DNA of 45,472 nucleotides, from contig JAQCMY010000021.1 of assembly GCA_028274865.1 (NCBI GenBank), forward strand, positions 1 to 45,472, read 5' to 3'. The position numbers and the translations under genes are program-made. The notes under the pieces were generated by a model that saw nothing but the letters and a program-made list of their open reading frames with translations, was not told where the DNA came from and searched no databases. The DNA comes from Haloferacaceae archaeon (GTDB lineage Archaea; Halobacteriota; Halobacteria; Halobacteriales; Haloferacaceae). Of the stretch, positions 1 to 7,741 are shown one piece after another; within the stretch, counting starts at the first letter, position 1; each line of letters opens with the position of its first letter.

Positions 1-146
1 TGACTCCAGAGGCCACGCCCGGTGACGAACTCCAGACTGATATACCGAGCCGCCGTCTGATCAACGGTCGGCGACGACGACCCTCTGGAGGACCGAGGCA
101 GACCGGAGATATCAGTCAATCGGGGGTTCAAATCCCTCCAACCCCA
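1..146 (+). tRNA. tRNA-Trp (anticodon CCA), 5' part cut off by the window edge, interrupted by a 101-nt intron (10-110)
   Basis: The anticodon loop cuCCAga lies at 4-10, with CCA at 6-8. The 3' exon (111-146) reads A38, anticodon-stem 3' strand TCAGT, 5-nt variable loop CAATC, T-arm GGGGG-TTCAAAT-CCCTC (122-138), acceptor 3' strand CAACCCC and discriminator A (139-146). Bases 1-3 pair with 112-114. No CCA is encoded. Confidence 0.8.
10..110 (+). ncRNA. tRNA-Trp intron carrying a box C/D-like methylation guide (two antisense elements)
   Basis: The intron sits at the canonical 37/38 position. C-like GTGACGA lies at 22-28 and C'-like ACGACGA at 74-80. Antisense element 35-43 (GACTGATAT) is complementary to 109-117, and element 82-90 (CCTCTGGAG) is complementary to 4-12. 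Each element is followed by CCGA (45-48 and 93-96), so the N+5 rule points at U39 (nt 112) and C34 (nt 6). Confidence 0.7.
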
Positions 147-372
147 TACTGTCGTTAAATCCCGACAGCGACAGTGAGCCGCCGATCTTGCGAGTTCTGC
201 GGCGACAGGATAACCGCAGCACCTGTCAGGTATTCTGTACTGCCCGACGGGGGGTGTCGGACACGACCCGGGCATACGACACATAGACCGATACGGACAC
301 GTATCAGACGGTTCCGGAGGCAGGCGCCGAACCGTCGGCGCGGATCCCGTCTGTCCCGAGGAACTACGTGGA

Positions 373-975
373 TTGCTGGCGACGGCGCCGTGTACGAGTG
401 GCGAAATAACACTCCCCGAGACAGACGGTCAGAGCGGCGGAGAAGCGACGTACGCCGATAGGCTCGACACCCTCGAGGGGAAGCGGCTCGCGTACGTCGA
501 CTGGGGGAAAGCAAACGGCGACCGGCTCTACGAGGAGTTCGAGCGGATTCTGACGGAGGGGTTCGGCGTCGAGGCGCTCGACTACTACCTGAAGCCGACG
601 CCCTCGAGTCCGATACCCCGGGAGACGCTCGAGGAGATCTACGAGTCCGACGCCGAGGGCGTCGTCTTGGCCATCGCCGACTGCGGGTCGTGCAACTCCT
701 CGATCGCCGTCGACGCCGTAACGCTCGAGGAGCAGAACATCCCGACGGTGCAGGTAATCACGGACAAGTTCCTCGGCCTCAACACCAAGATATCCGGGAG
801 CCACGGCTACGACAAGCTCCCGCTCATCACCCTCGACCACCCCACGCGGTACCTGGGCGAAGACGACGTCCACGACATCGCCGAACGCATCACGTGGACC
901 GTCCACGAGATTCTGACCTGCGAGGAGTGTCTCCTCGGCCCCGAGACGGGCGAGACGGCTGCCGAGGGAACGTAG
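373..975 (+). CDS. UGSC-family protein, Cys-type homolog (motif CGSC at codons 682-693)
   Basis: The 200-aa acidic ORF has high GC3. The motif AIADCGSCNSS corresponds to the U-G-S-C signature with Cys (TGC) in place of Sec. The size fits the family as I remember it (about 190 aa). The TTG start at 373 is uncertain because there is no in-frame ATG. Confidence 0.6.
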   Translation: MLATAPCTSGEITLPETDGQSGGEATYADRLDTLEGKRLAYVDWGKANGDRLYEEFERILTEGFGVEALDYYLKPTPSSPIPRETLEEIYESDAEGVVLAIADCGSCNSSIAVDAVTLEEQNIPTVQVITDKFLGLNTKISGSHGYDKLPLITLDHPTRYLGEDDVHDIAERITWTVHEILTCEECLLGPETGETAAEGT

Positions 976-979
976 GTCC

Positions 980-1601
980 ATGGGCGTGCAGGTTTCGAGC
1001 GACCCGGAGGAGCTGCTCGAGTATCTCTCCGAGAACGACCTCTCTGACGGACTTCCCGTCGTTCCGCCGACCGAGGAGCGCGTCGGTCGAACGCTGGCTC
1101 ACACCGACAGGGACGCCGACGAGGTGCTCCTGGAACTGCCGCCGCTGTTCAACGAACTCGACGTCGAGTCGCTGGCCAGGTGCGCCGTTATGGCGGAGTG
1201 TCGCCCCGAGTACTGTCCGGTCGTGGAGGCGACGTTCGACGCGCTCTCGGAGTGGACGAACCTCCGGGCCGTCGCGGGGACGACGAGCGGCTTCGCCATC
1301 GGCGAGTTCGTGAACGGGCCCATCCGGGACGAGTTCGACACGAACGCCGGGACAGGCGTGTTCGGTCCGGGCTACCGGTCGAACGCGACCATCGGCAGAG
1401 CGGTGAACCTCGCGTTCATGATGGTCGGCGAGATGGTCCCGGGCACCGGGACGATGGCGACCCACGCTCACCAGGGGCGCTACACGTACTGCCTGGCCGA
1501 GAACGAGGAGGAGTCGCCGTGGGAGCCGTTCCACGCCGACTTCGGAGACCTCGACCCGGACACGAGCGCGGTGACGGTCAAGTCCGCCCACGTTCCCCCA
1601 C
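980..1601 (+). pseudogene. Truncated gene for the conserved partner of UGSC-family proteins (N-terminal ~205 codons only)
   Basis: Good coding character runs up to ...SAVTVKSAHV (about 1595) and includes DGLPVVPPTEERV, CRPEYCPVV, GPGYRSNATIGRAVNL and THAHQGRYTYCLAENEE. After that the same frame becomes Arg/Pro-rich nonsense up to the track stop at 2023. Homologs as I remember them are about 370 aa. Confidence 0.5.
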
Positions 1602-2262
1602 CACGTCAGCGAGGAGGAAGTCCGGGGGTACGGCGACAACGACCCGCAGCCGTCGGAACTCCTCGAGGCCATCGTCCAGACGGCTGTCGTCGAGAGCCGC
1701 CTCGGGGAGGTCTCGGACGCCCACGGCCGGATACGCCGTCTCGTCGACGACCTGCTGGCGCTGACACGCGCGGACAGGGGCGTCGACGGGACCGAGCCCC
1801 AGTCGCTCGCCGACGTCGCGAAGGCGTGCTGGGCGAACGTCGACACCGCCCGCGCGGCGCTCGTGACGGGCACGGACGTCCGGCTCCGTGCCGACCGGGG
1901 ACAGCTCCAGCGGCTCCTCGGGAACCTCGTGCGGAACGCCGTAGAGCACGGCGTCGCGGACGAGGCCGCCGGCTCCGGGGCGCCCCCCGGCTGCCGACGT
2001 CTCCGACCCGAGCGTCACGGTGACGGTCGGAGCGCTCCCGGACGACGACGGGTTCTACGTCGCGGACGACGGAGTCGGCATCGCGCCGGAGCGCCGGGTG
2101 GAGGTGTTCGAGGCTGGCCACCCGACGGCGGGGAGCGGGACCGGCCTCGGCCTCCGCATCGTCGAACAGGTGGCGACGGCCCACGACTGGACCGTCGACC
2201 TGACCGAGAGCGCGGACGGCGGAGCGCGGTTCGAGTTCCGCGGTGTCGAGGTCGTCGACTGA
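1575..2262 (+). pseudogene. Histidine kinase remnant (part of the H-box region plus HATPase_c), lacking a sensor domain and frameshifted
   Basis: Frame 0 (1575 to about 1990) reads ...RIRRLVDDLLALTRADRG...SLADVAKACWANVDTA...[22 protein letters not shown] (N box). Frame 1 (about 1987-2262) reads [29 protein letters not shown]...[20 protein letters not shown]...GGARFEF (G1/G2 boxes). The frame switch coincides with a C6 run at 1983-1988. No N-terminal sensor or start codon is present. Confidence 0.65.
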
Positions 2263-2334
2263 CCGTCCGCGCCGTCGGGGGCGTCCGCAGGTCGGGGCGT
2301 GGCGAGCGGCTGCGTCGCCGACAGGGGCCACACG

Positions 2335-2341
2335 CTTTTAC
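2335..2341 (+). promoter_or_regulatory. TATA-like box (CTTTTAC) about 26 nt upstream of the lipA ATG; leaderless-type promoter
   Basis: It is the only A/T-rich patch in a GC-rich spacer. The spacing matches the pattern seen upstream of many genes in this window. Confidence 0.45.
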
Positions 2342-2363
2342 TCGGGCCCGGTAACCGAGTGGC

Positions 2364-3296
2364 ATGAGCGGGCAGGCCTCGCGCCGCAAGCCCGACTGGC
2401 TGAAGACCCGGCCCGCGAGCGGGCAGCAGTTCGCGGAGATATCGCGGACGCTCCGTGACCACGACCTCGTCACCGTCTGTGAGGAGGCGTCGTGCCCGAA
2501 CCGCGGCGAGTGCTGGAGCGGCTCGAACGGGTCGCCCGGCACGGCGACGTTCATGCTGATGGGCGACCGCTGCTCGCGGGGCTGTAACTTCTGTGACGTC
2601 GAGACCGGCGGAACCGAGCCGCTCGACCCCGACGAACCGGAGAACGTCGCGAGCGCCGTCGCCGAGATCGGCCTCGACTACGTGGTGCTCACCTCCGTCG
2701 ACCGCGACGGCCTGCCCGATCAGGGGGCGAGCCACGTCGCAGAGACGGTGCGGGCGATACGGCGACGCAACCCGGACGTGCTGATCGAGGCGCTCGTCCC
2801 GGACTTTCGGGGCGATCCCGAACTCGTCGACCGGGTGGCGCGCGCACGACCGGACGTGTTCGCGCACAACGTCGAGACGGTCGAACGGCTCCAGCAGCCG
2901 GTGCGTGACCCTCGTGCCGGCTACGACCAGTCGCTCGCGGTGCTGGAGCGGGCGGCCCGCGAGCACGACCTGCGGACGAAGACGAGCCTGATGCTCGGCG
3001 TCGGCGAACACGCCGCCGAGGTGTACGAGGCGCTCGCGGACTGCCGCGCCGCCGGCGTCGACGTCGTGACCCTCGGACAGTACCTCCGGCCGTCGTCGTC
3101 GCACCTCCCCGTCGAGCGGTACGTCCACCCCGAGACGTTCGAGACGTGGCGTGCGGTCGCGGAGACGGAGCTCGGCTTCCTCTACTGCGCGAGCGGCCCC
3201 CTCGTCCGGTCGTCGTACCGCGCGGGCGAACTGTTCGTCGAAGCGCTGGAGCGCGAGGGGTCGGTCGAGGCGGCCCGCGCCGCGGCGCGAGAGTAG
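2364..3296 (+). CDS. lipA: Lipoyl synthase
   Basis: KPDWLK, CEEASCPNRGECW and the radical-SAM motif CSRGCNFCDV are present. The 310-aa length is typical of LipA. Confidence 0.95.
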   Translation: MSGQASRRKPDWLKTRPASGQQFAEISRTLRDHDLVTVCEEASCPNRGECWSGSNGSPGTATFMLMGDRCSRGCNFCDVETGGTEPLDPDEPENVASAVAEIGLDYVVLTSVDRDGLPDQGASHVAETVRAIRRRNPDVLIEALVPDFRGDPELVDRVARARPDVFAHNVETVERLQQPVRDPRAGYDQSLAVLERAAREHDLRTKTSLMLGVGEHAAEVYEALADCRAAGVDVVTLGQYLRPSSSHLPVERYVHPETFETWRAVAETELGFLYCASGPLVRSSYRAGELFVEALEREGSVEAARAAARE

Positions 3297-3327
3297 CCGT
3301 TATTCCGCCGGGGGTGCTGGAGCGAGC

Positions 3328-4095
3328 ATGAGTCTCGCAGACGCCGAGAGGTGGCGAATCGTCGACGAGCGGACGCCACGCCCGGAGCCGGTCCACCACG
3401 GGGTCGACGCGGAACTGCTGGACAGCGTCGGAGCGGGCGAGGCGCCGCCGACCCTCCGGCTCTGGGACCGGTCTGCGCGGTCGGTCCTGATCGGTCGATT
3501 CCAGTCGTACGAGGACGAGGTGGCGACGGCGTACGTCGAGCGCGAGGGGATCACCGTCGTCCGGCGACTCACCGGCGGCGGCGCGGTGTACTGCGAGCCC
3601 GGCGGCGTGTTGACCTACTCGCTCGCCGCGCCGCGAGACGCCCTCCCGGACGACGTGGCCGAGGGGTTTCGCGTGTGCAACGAGTGGGTCGCCGCGGTCC
3701 TGCGCGAACTCGGCGTCGACGCCCGCCACGACCCGCTGAACGACATCGCGGGTCCGGACGGCAAGATAGCCGGCGCGGCACAGCTCCGGACCGCCGACGC
3801 AGTGCTCCACCACGCCGTCCTGAGCCACACGCTCGACGCCGCCGAGATGGTCCGGGTGCTCCGCATCGGGGCCGACAAGCTCTCGGAGAAGGCCGTCGCG
3901 TCGGCTGAGCGCGCCGTCGCGCCGGTCGGTACGGCCGTCGACGCGACGCCGGGCGAGGTGACCGACGCCCTCCGCGAGGGGTTCCGCGAGCGGTTCGGCG
4001 GCGCGGACGGGTCGCTGACCGACGCGGAGCTGGCGGGGGGGAGGCGGCGGGCCGAGGAGCGGTTCGCGCGACACGAGTGGACGCGTGTTCGATAG
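3328..4095 (+). CDS. lplA: Lipoate-protein ligase family protein (BPL/LPL catalytic domain)
   Basis: RRLTGGGAVYCEPG and the catalytic-Lys motif GKIAGAAQ are present, and the gene sits next to lipA. I moved the start to the ATG at 3328 because the upstream part of track ORF 3151 is Arg-rich junk. Confidence 0.85.
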   Translation: MSLADAERWRIVDERTPRPEPVHHGVDAELLDSVGAGEAPPTLRLWDRSARSVLIGRFQSYEDEVATAYVEREGITVVRRLTGGGAVYCEPGGVLTYSLAAPRDALPDDVAEGFRVCNEWVAAVLRELGVDARHDPLNDIAGPDGKIAGAAQLRTADAVLHHAVLSHTLDAAEMVRVLRIGADKLSEKAVASAERAVAPVGTAVDATPGEVTDALREGFRERFGGADGSLTDAELAGGRRRAEERFARHEWTRVR

Positions 4096-4102
4096 TGAAC
4101 GT

Positions 4103-4112
4103 CTATCTTTTT
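4103..4112 (+). promoter_or_regulatory. A/T-rich box CTATCTTTTT: T5 run 13 nt after the lplA stop and TATA-like element about 29 nt before GTG 4137
   Basis: Oligo-T tracts act as archaeal termination signals. The spacing to the next start codon fits a leaderless promoter. Confidence 0.4.
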
Positions 4113-4136
4113 GCTGCCGGAGACGATTCTACATGT

Positions 4137-5297
4137 GTGGAACCCCCCGAAGTCGACGAACTCACGCCTCCGCACCGAACACTGATGGGCCCGGGCCCGA
4201 GCGACGTCAACCCGCGGGTTCTCCGTTCGATGTCGACGCCGCTGGTCGGCCACCTCGACCCCTCCTTCGTCGAGATCATGGACGAGGTTCAGGAACTCCT
4301 GCGCTACGTCTTCCAGACCGACAACCAGTGGACCCTGCCGGTGAGCGGAACCGGGTCGGCAGCGATGGAGGCCTGTATCGGTAACCTCGTCGAGCCCGGC
4401 GACAGCGTCCTCCTGCGGACGGAGGGCTACTGGGGCGACCGGATGGCGGAGATGGCACGCCGCGCCGGCGGTACGGTCGTCTCGCTCCCGACGGCGGCAA
4501 ACGACCCCGTCGGGATGGCGGAGTACGAACGCGCCTTCGCCGAGGCGGAGATCGACGTGGTCGGCATCTGCCACGCAGACACGACGACGGGGATTCGCCA
4601 GCCAAACGTCGGCGAGATGACCGACGTGGCCCACGACCACGGCGCGTACGTGATCGCGGACTGTGTCACCTCGCTCGGCGGCGTCCCGGTCCACGTCGAC
4701 GACTGGGGGGTCGACGCGGCCTACTCTGCGGCCCAGAAGTGTCTCTCCGCCCCGCCCGGCGCGAGTCCGCTCACGATCTCCGACCGCGGGATGGCGAAGG
4801 TGCTCGACCGCGACGAGGACGTGCGGTCGTGGTACCTCGACCTCTCGCTCCTGGAGGGGTACTGGGGCGACGAACGGGCGTACCACCACACCGCACCGAT
4901 CACGAACACCTACGCCCTTCGCGAGGCGCTACGGGTCGCAGCCGAGGAGGGGATCGAGGCGCGCTGGGACCGTCACGCGCGGGTCTCGGAGCGACTGGTC
5001 GAGGGGCTCGCGGACCTCGGGCTCTCGATGAACCCGCCCGAGGGGCTCGCGCTGCCGTCGCTCAACGCCGTTCGGGTGCCCGACGGGGTCGACGACGGGG
5101 CCGTCATCGACCACCTGCGCGAGGCGTACGACATCGAGGTCGCAGCCGGGCTCGGCGGGCTCTCGGGGGAGATCTGGCGGATCGGGACGATGGGCTACTC
5201 GGCCCGTGACAAGAACGTCGCCTACCTCCTCGACGCGATGGCCGACGCCCTCGCAGCCGAGGGGTACGAGCAGACGACGGCAACGACGCCGGCCTAG
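4137..5297 (+). CDS. Class V pyridoxal-phosphate aminotransferase (alanine-glyoxylate / serine-pyruvate aminotransferase family)
   Basis: [33 protein letters not shown] and SAAQKCL (PLP lysine region) are present. The GTG start at 4137 was chosen from the TATA spacing. The track ORF starts at 4077. Confidence 0.85.
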   Translation: MEPPEVDELTPPHRTLMGPGPSDVNPRVLRSMSTPLVGHLDPSFVEIMDEVQELLRYVFQTDNQWTLPVSGTGSAAMEACIGNLVEPGDSVLLRTEGYWGDRMAEMARRAGGTVVSLPTAANDPVGMAEYERAFAEAEIDVVGICHADTTTGIRQPNVGEMTDVAHDHGAYVIADCVTSLGGVPVHVDDWGVDAAYSAAQKCLSAPPGASPLTISDRGMAKVLDRDEDVRSWYLDLSLLEGYWGDERAYHHTAPITNTYALREALRVAAEEGIEARWDRHARVSERLVEGLADLGLSMNPPEGLALPSLNAVRVPDGVDDGAVIDHLREAYDIEVAAGLGGLSGEIWRIGTMGYSARDKNVAYLLDAMADALAAEGYEQTTATTPA

Positions 5298-6331
5298 AGC
5301 GACCGCAGGAACGCCCGCACCCGCGTCGCCGTCTCGGTCCACGTCGGGTGTGCCCGCACCGTCTCGAGCGCCGCCTCGCTCGCCGCCCCGAGTGCCGCCG
5401 GGTCGCGGGCGTAGCGCCCGACTGCCCGTGCCACGCCCGCCGCGTCACCCGGGTCGACGAGGACGCCGTTCTCGCCGTCGACGAACTCGCGGGCGCCGCC
5501 GGCGGCGCTCGCGACGACCGGACATCCGGCGCCCATCGCCTCCAGCGCCGCGATGCCGTAGCCCTCGTACGTCGACGGCATCGCGAACACGTCCGCGTCG
5601 CGCAGGTGTTCGCGCAGGCGCTCGTCCGGGGCGCGGCCCCGGAACCGCACCCGGTCGGCGACGCCGAGCGCAGCTGCCCGCGCCCGGAGCGCGGCGACGT
5701 AGCCGGGGGCCGGCGTCGACCCGACGACGTCGAGCGTCCACGGCGTGTCGACACGCGCGAGGCCGTCGAGCAGGGTCGGGTGGCCCTTCCGCGGCAGGAC
5801 GGTGCCGACGGTGACGACGCGGAGCGGCGCGCCCGGGTCGCGCGACACGGCGTCCTCGGGCGGGCCGTCGGCGAGGCGGTTCCAGCCGGGGCGGGCGACG
5901 ACGGCGGGAGTCGGGTCGACGAGCTCCGCGACCGTCGCGCGGGTCGTCTCGCCGTTGCAGACGTAGGCGTCACACCGGGCGAGAAACCGGCGCTCGAGCG
6001 CGCGGTCGACCCGCCGTCGCGGCGCCGGGCCGGGTTCGGACGCCCGGAGGTGGTGGACGACCGCGACGGCGGGCGCGGGCAGCGGACAGAACGCGAGCGA
6101 GGGGTGACAGAGCTCGTCGACGAGGAGGACGTCGACGTCGAGGGCGGCGAGGCGGCGCCGGACGGCGGGCCGGAGGTTGTGCGCGAGAGCACGGCGCCGG
6201 CCGGTCTCGGGGAGCGAGACGCGGACGACGGTGTCGCCACGGGCACGCAGGCCGTCTGCCACCCGGCGGTCGTAGAGGTAGCCGCCGGAGCGACAGTCGA
6301 GGGGGCCGTAGACGACGACGCCGACGCGCAC
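5294..6331 (-). CDS. Glycosyltransferase, GT-B fold, GT4/group-1 type
   Basis: The C-terminal domain has RKG...L, the PSTYEGYGIAALEAMGAGCPVV (EX7E) motif and GENGVLV. The GTG start at 6331 overlaps the upstream TAG by 1 nt (TAGTG). The part of the track ORF upstream of 6331 is Arg-rich. Confidence 0.8.
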   Translation of the reverse strand: MRVGVVVYGPLDCRSGGYLYDRRVADGLRARGDTVVRVSLPETGRRRALAHNLRPAVRRRLAALDVDVLLVDELCHPSLAFCPLPAPAVAVVHHLRASEPGPAPRRRVDRALERRFLARCDAYVCNGETTRATVAELVDPTPAVVARPGWNRLADGPPEDAVSRDPGAPLRVVTVGTVLPRKGHPTLLDGLARVDTPWTLDVVGSTPAPGYVAALRARAAALGVADRVRFRGRAPDERLREHLRDADVFAMPSTYEGYGIAALEAMGAGCPVVASAAGGAREFVDGENGVLVDPGDAAGVARAVGRYARDPAALGAASEAALETVRAHPTWTETATRVRAFLRSL

Positions 6332-6711
6332 TACGCCTCGGGCTCGTACGCCACGGCGGCGGTCTCGTCCTCCCAGAGCCGGAGGCGAAGCGTCGTCTCC
6401 GGGGGGAGCTCCGTCTCCGCCTCGAACCGCTCGACGACGAACCGGGCGAGGCGTTCCGCGCTCGGGTTCAGCCCCGCGAACTCGTCGAGGTCGTTCAGCG
6501 TCGCGTCCTCGTAGCGGTCGACGGCTGCCGCGAGGCCGCCTTTCACCTCGTCGATGTCGACGAGGTAGCCCCACTCGTCGAGCTCCGGGCCGGAGAGGGT
6601 CAGCTCCGCCCGGAACGTGTGACTGTGGCGCTCGCCCTCGACCGGACCGGGGTCGGGGACGGTGAGCCAGTGCCAGGCGACGAACTCGCGGACGACGGTG
6701 ACCTCGTACAC
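6331..6711 (-). CDS. 6-pyruvoyl-tetrahydropterin synthase (PTPS/QueD) fold protein, Cys-less variant
   Basis: The 126-aa protein has His in WHW and in ERHSH (a three-His Zn pattern) and YLVDIDEVK typical of the T-fold family. No Cys precedes the HxH motif. Confidence 0.8.
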   Translation of the reverse strand: MYEVTVVREFVAWHWLTVPDPGPVEGERHSHTFRAELTLSGPELDEWGYLVDIDEVKGGLAAAVDRYEDATLNDLDEFAGLNPSAERLARFVVERFEAETELPPETTLRLRLWEDETAAVAYEPEA

Positions 6712-6712
6712 G

Positions 6713-7741
6713 CTACGTCACCTCCCGGTGGTCGAGAAGGACCCCGACCGGCGAGTCGGGGCCGTCGAGGCGTCGGTAGGCCGCCGACGCGTCCTCGAGC
6801 GACACCCGTTCGGCGAGGAGCCGGTCGGCGTCGAGGCGGTCGAGGTGGGTCCACGCCGCGTCGATGCGCCGCTCGCGGCTCCACCGTCCCCGGCGCGCCG
6901 GGTCGATCGTGCTGACCTGCGTGCTCTCGACGGACACCCGCGAGCGGTGGAACCGGCCGCCGAGGTCGAGATCCGCGCGCTTCGTCCCGTACCACGACCC
7001 GACGAGCACCCGACCGTCGTAGCCGGTGACGGCGACGGCGTCGTCGAGGGCCGCAGGGTCGCCGGAGAGTTCGACCGCGAGGTCGGCACCGTCTGTCGCC
7101 CGGCCCGTCACGCCCGGGCCGGAGGGGTCGAACGCGTCGCGGACGTCCGCCGGGGGACCCGTCTCCGTCGCGCCGTGGACGTCGGCGAGCGACCGGCGCT
7201 CTGGCTGCGGGTCGACTGCGACGAGTTCGTCGAGCGGGTAGGCCGCGAGCAGCGCCGTCGTCGCGAGGCCGACGAGCCCCTGTCCGAACACGACTGCGCG
7301 CTCGCCGACGGCGGGCGCGGCGTCGAGACCGACGGTCACGGCCGTCTCGGCGGTCGGGAGAAGCGTCGCGGCGGCGTCGCCGACGCCGTCCGGAACGGGC
7401 ACGAGTTCGTCCGGCGACAGGCAGAAGTGGGTGTCGTGGGGGTGGAAGGCGAAGACACGCCGGCCCCGCCACGCGTCGTCGACGGCCTCACCGGTCGCCG
7501 TCACCTCGCCGACGGCGGCGTAGCCGTAGCGGAGCGGGTAGCCGCCAGAGAGGGCCGGGATACGCTCGTCTAGGTCCACCGATCCGGGCACCTCGTCGCG
7601 GTAGACCAGCAGCTCGGTGCCGGGACTGACCGCGGAGACGCGCGTCCGGACCCGCACCTCGTCGTCGTCCGGCGTCGGAACCGGGTGGTCGCGCAGCTCC
7701 ACCGACCGCTCGCCGGTGAAGTAGAGCGCGCGCGCCGGCAT
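6713..7741 (-). CDS. Medium-chain dehydrogenase/reductase (zinc-binding alcohol dehydrogenase family, apparently without catalytic Zn ligands)
   Basis: GroES-like N-terminal domain, then a Rossmann motif VVFGQGLVGLA. GYAAVGEV stands where GHE..G..V is expected. The ATG at 7741 shares one base with the upstream TGA (TGATG). Confidence 0.8.
   Translation of the reverse strand: MPARALYFTGERSVELRDHPVPTPDDDEVRVRTRVSAVSPGTELLVYRDEVPGSVDLDERIPALSGGYPLRYGYAAVGEVTATGEAVDDAWRGRRVFAFHPHDTHFCLSPDELVPVPDGVGDAAATLLPTAETAVTVGLDAAPAVGERAVVFGQGLVGLATTALLAAYPLDELVAVDPQPERRSLADVHGATETGPPADVRDAFDPSGPGVTGRATDGADLAVELSGDPAALDDAVAVTGYDGRVLVGSWYGTKRADLDLGGRFHRSRVSVESTQVSTIDPARRGRWSRERRIDAAWTHLDRLDADRLLAERVSLEDASAAYRRLDGPDSPVGVLLDHREVT

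Noticed and set aside
37-60. Canonical CTGA motifs (37-40 and 57-60) as the D'/D boxes of the intron guide.
   Set aside because: With these boxes the N+5 rule points at no complementary target in the tRNA. The CCGA boxes at 45-48 and 93-96 give exact C34 and U39 targeting.
682-693. Possible selenocysteine (UGA) in the UGSC-type motif.
   Set aside because: The codons are TGC GGG TCG TGC (Cys-Gly-Ser-Cys). There is no in-frame TGA and no SECIS-like need.
980-2023. Treating the track ORF as one intact 347-aa protein.
   Set aside because: Coding-like sequence stops at about residue 205. The remainder is Arg/Pro-rich and overlaps recognisable histidine-kinase motifs in two other frames.
1-2262. 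Integrated element at the tRNA-Trp 3' end (provirus or genomic island).
   Set aside because: I could find no integrase or other mobile-element gene and no direct repeat of the tRNA 3' end further downstream. Only gene decay is seen. The idea is kept as a weak note under the spacer finding.
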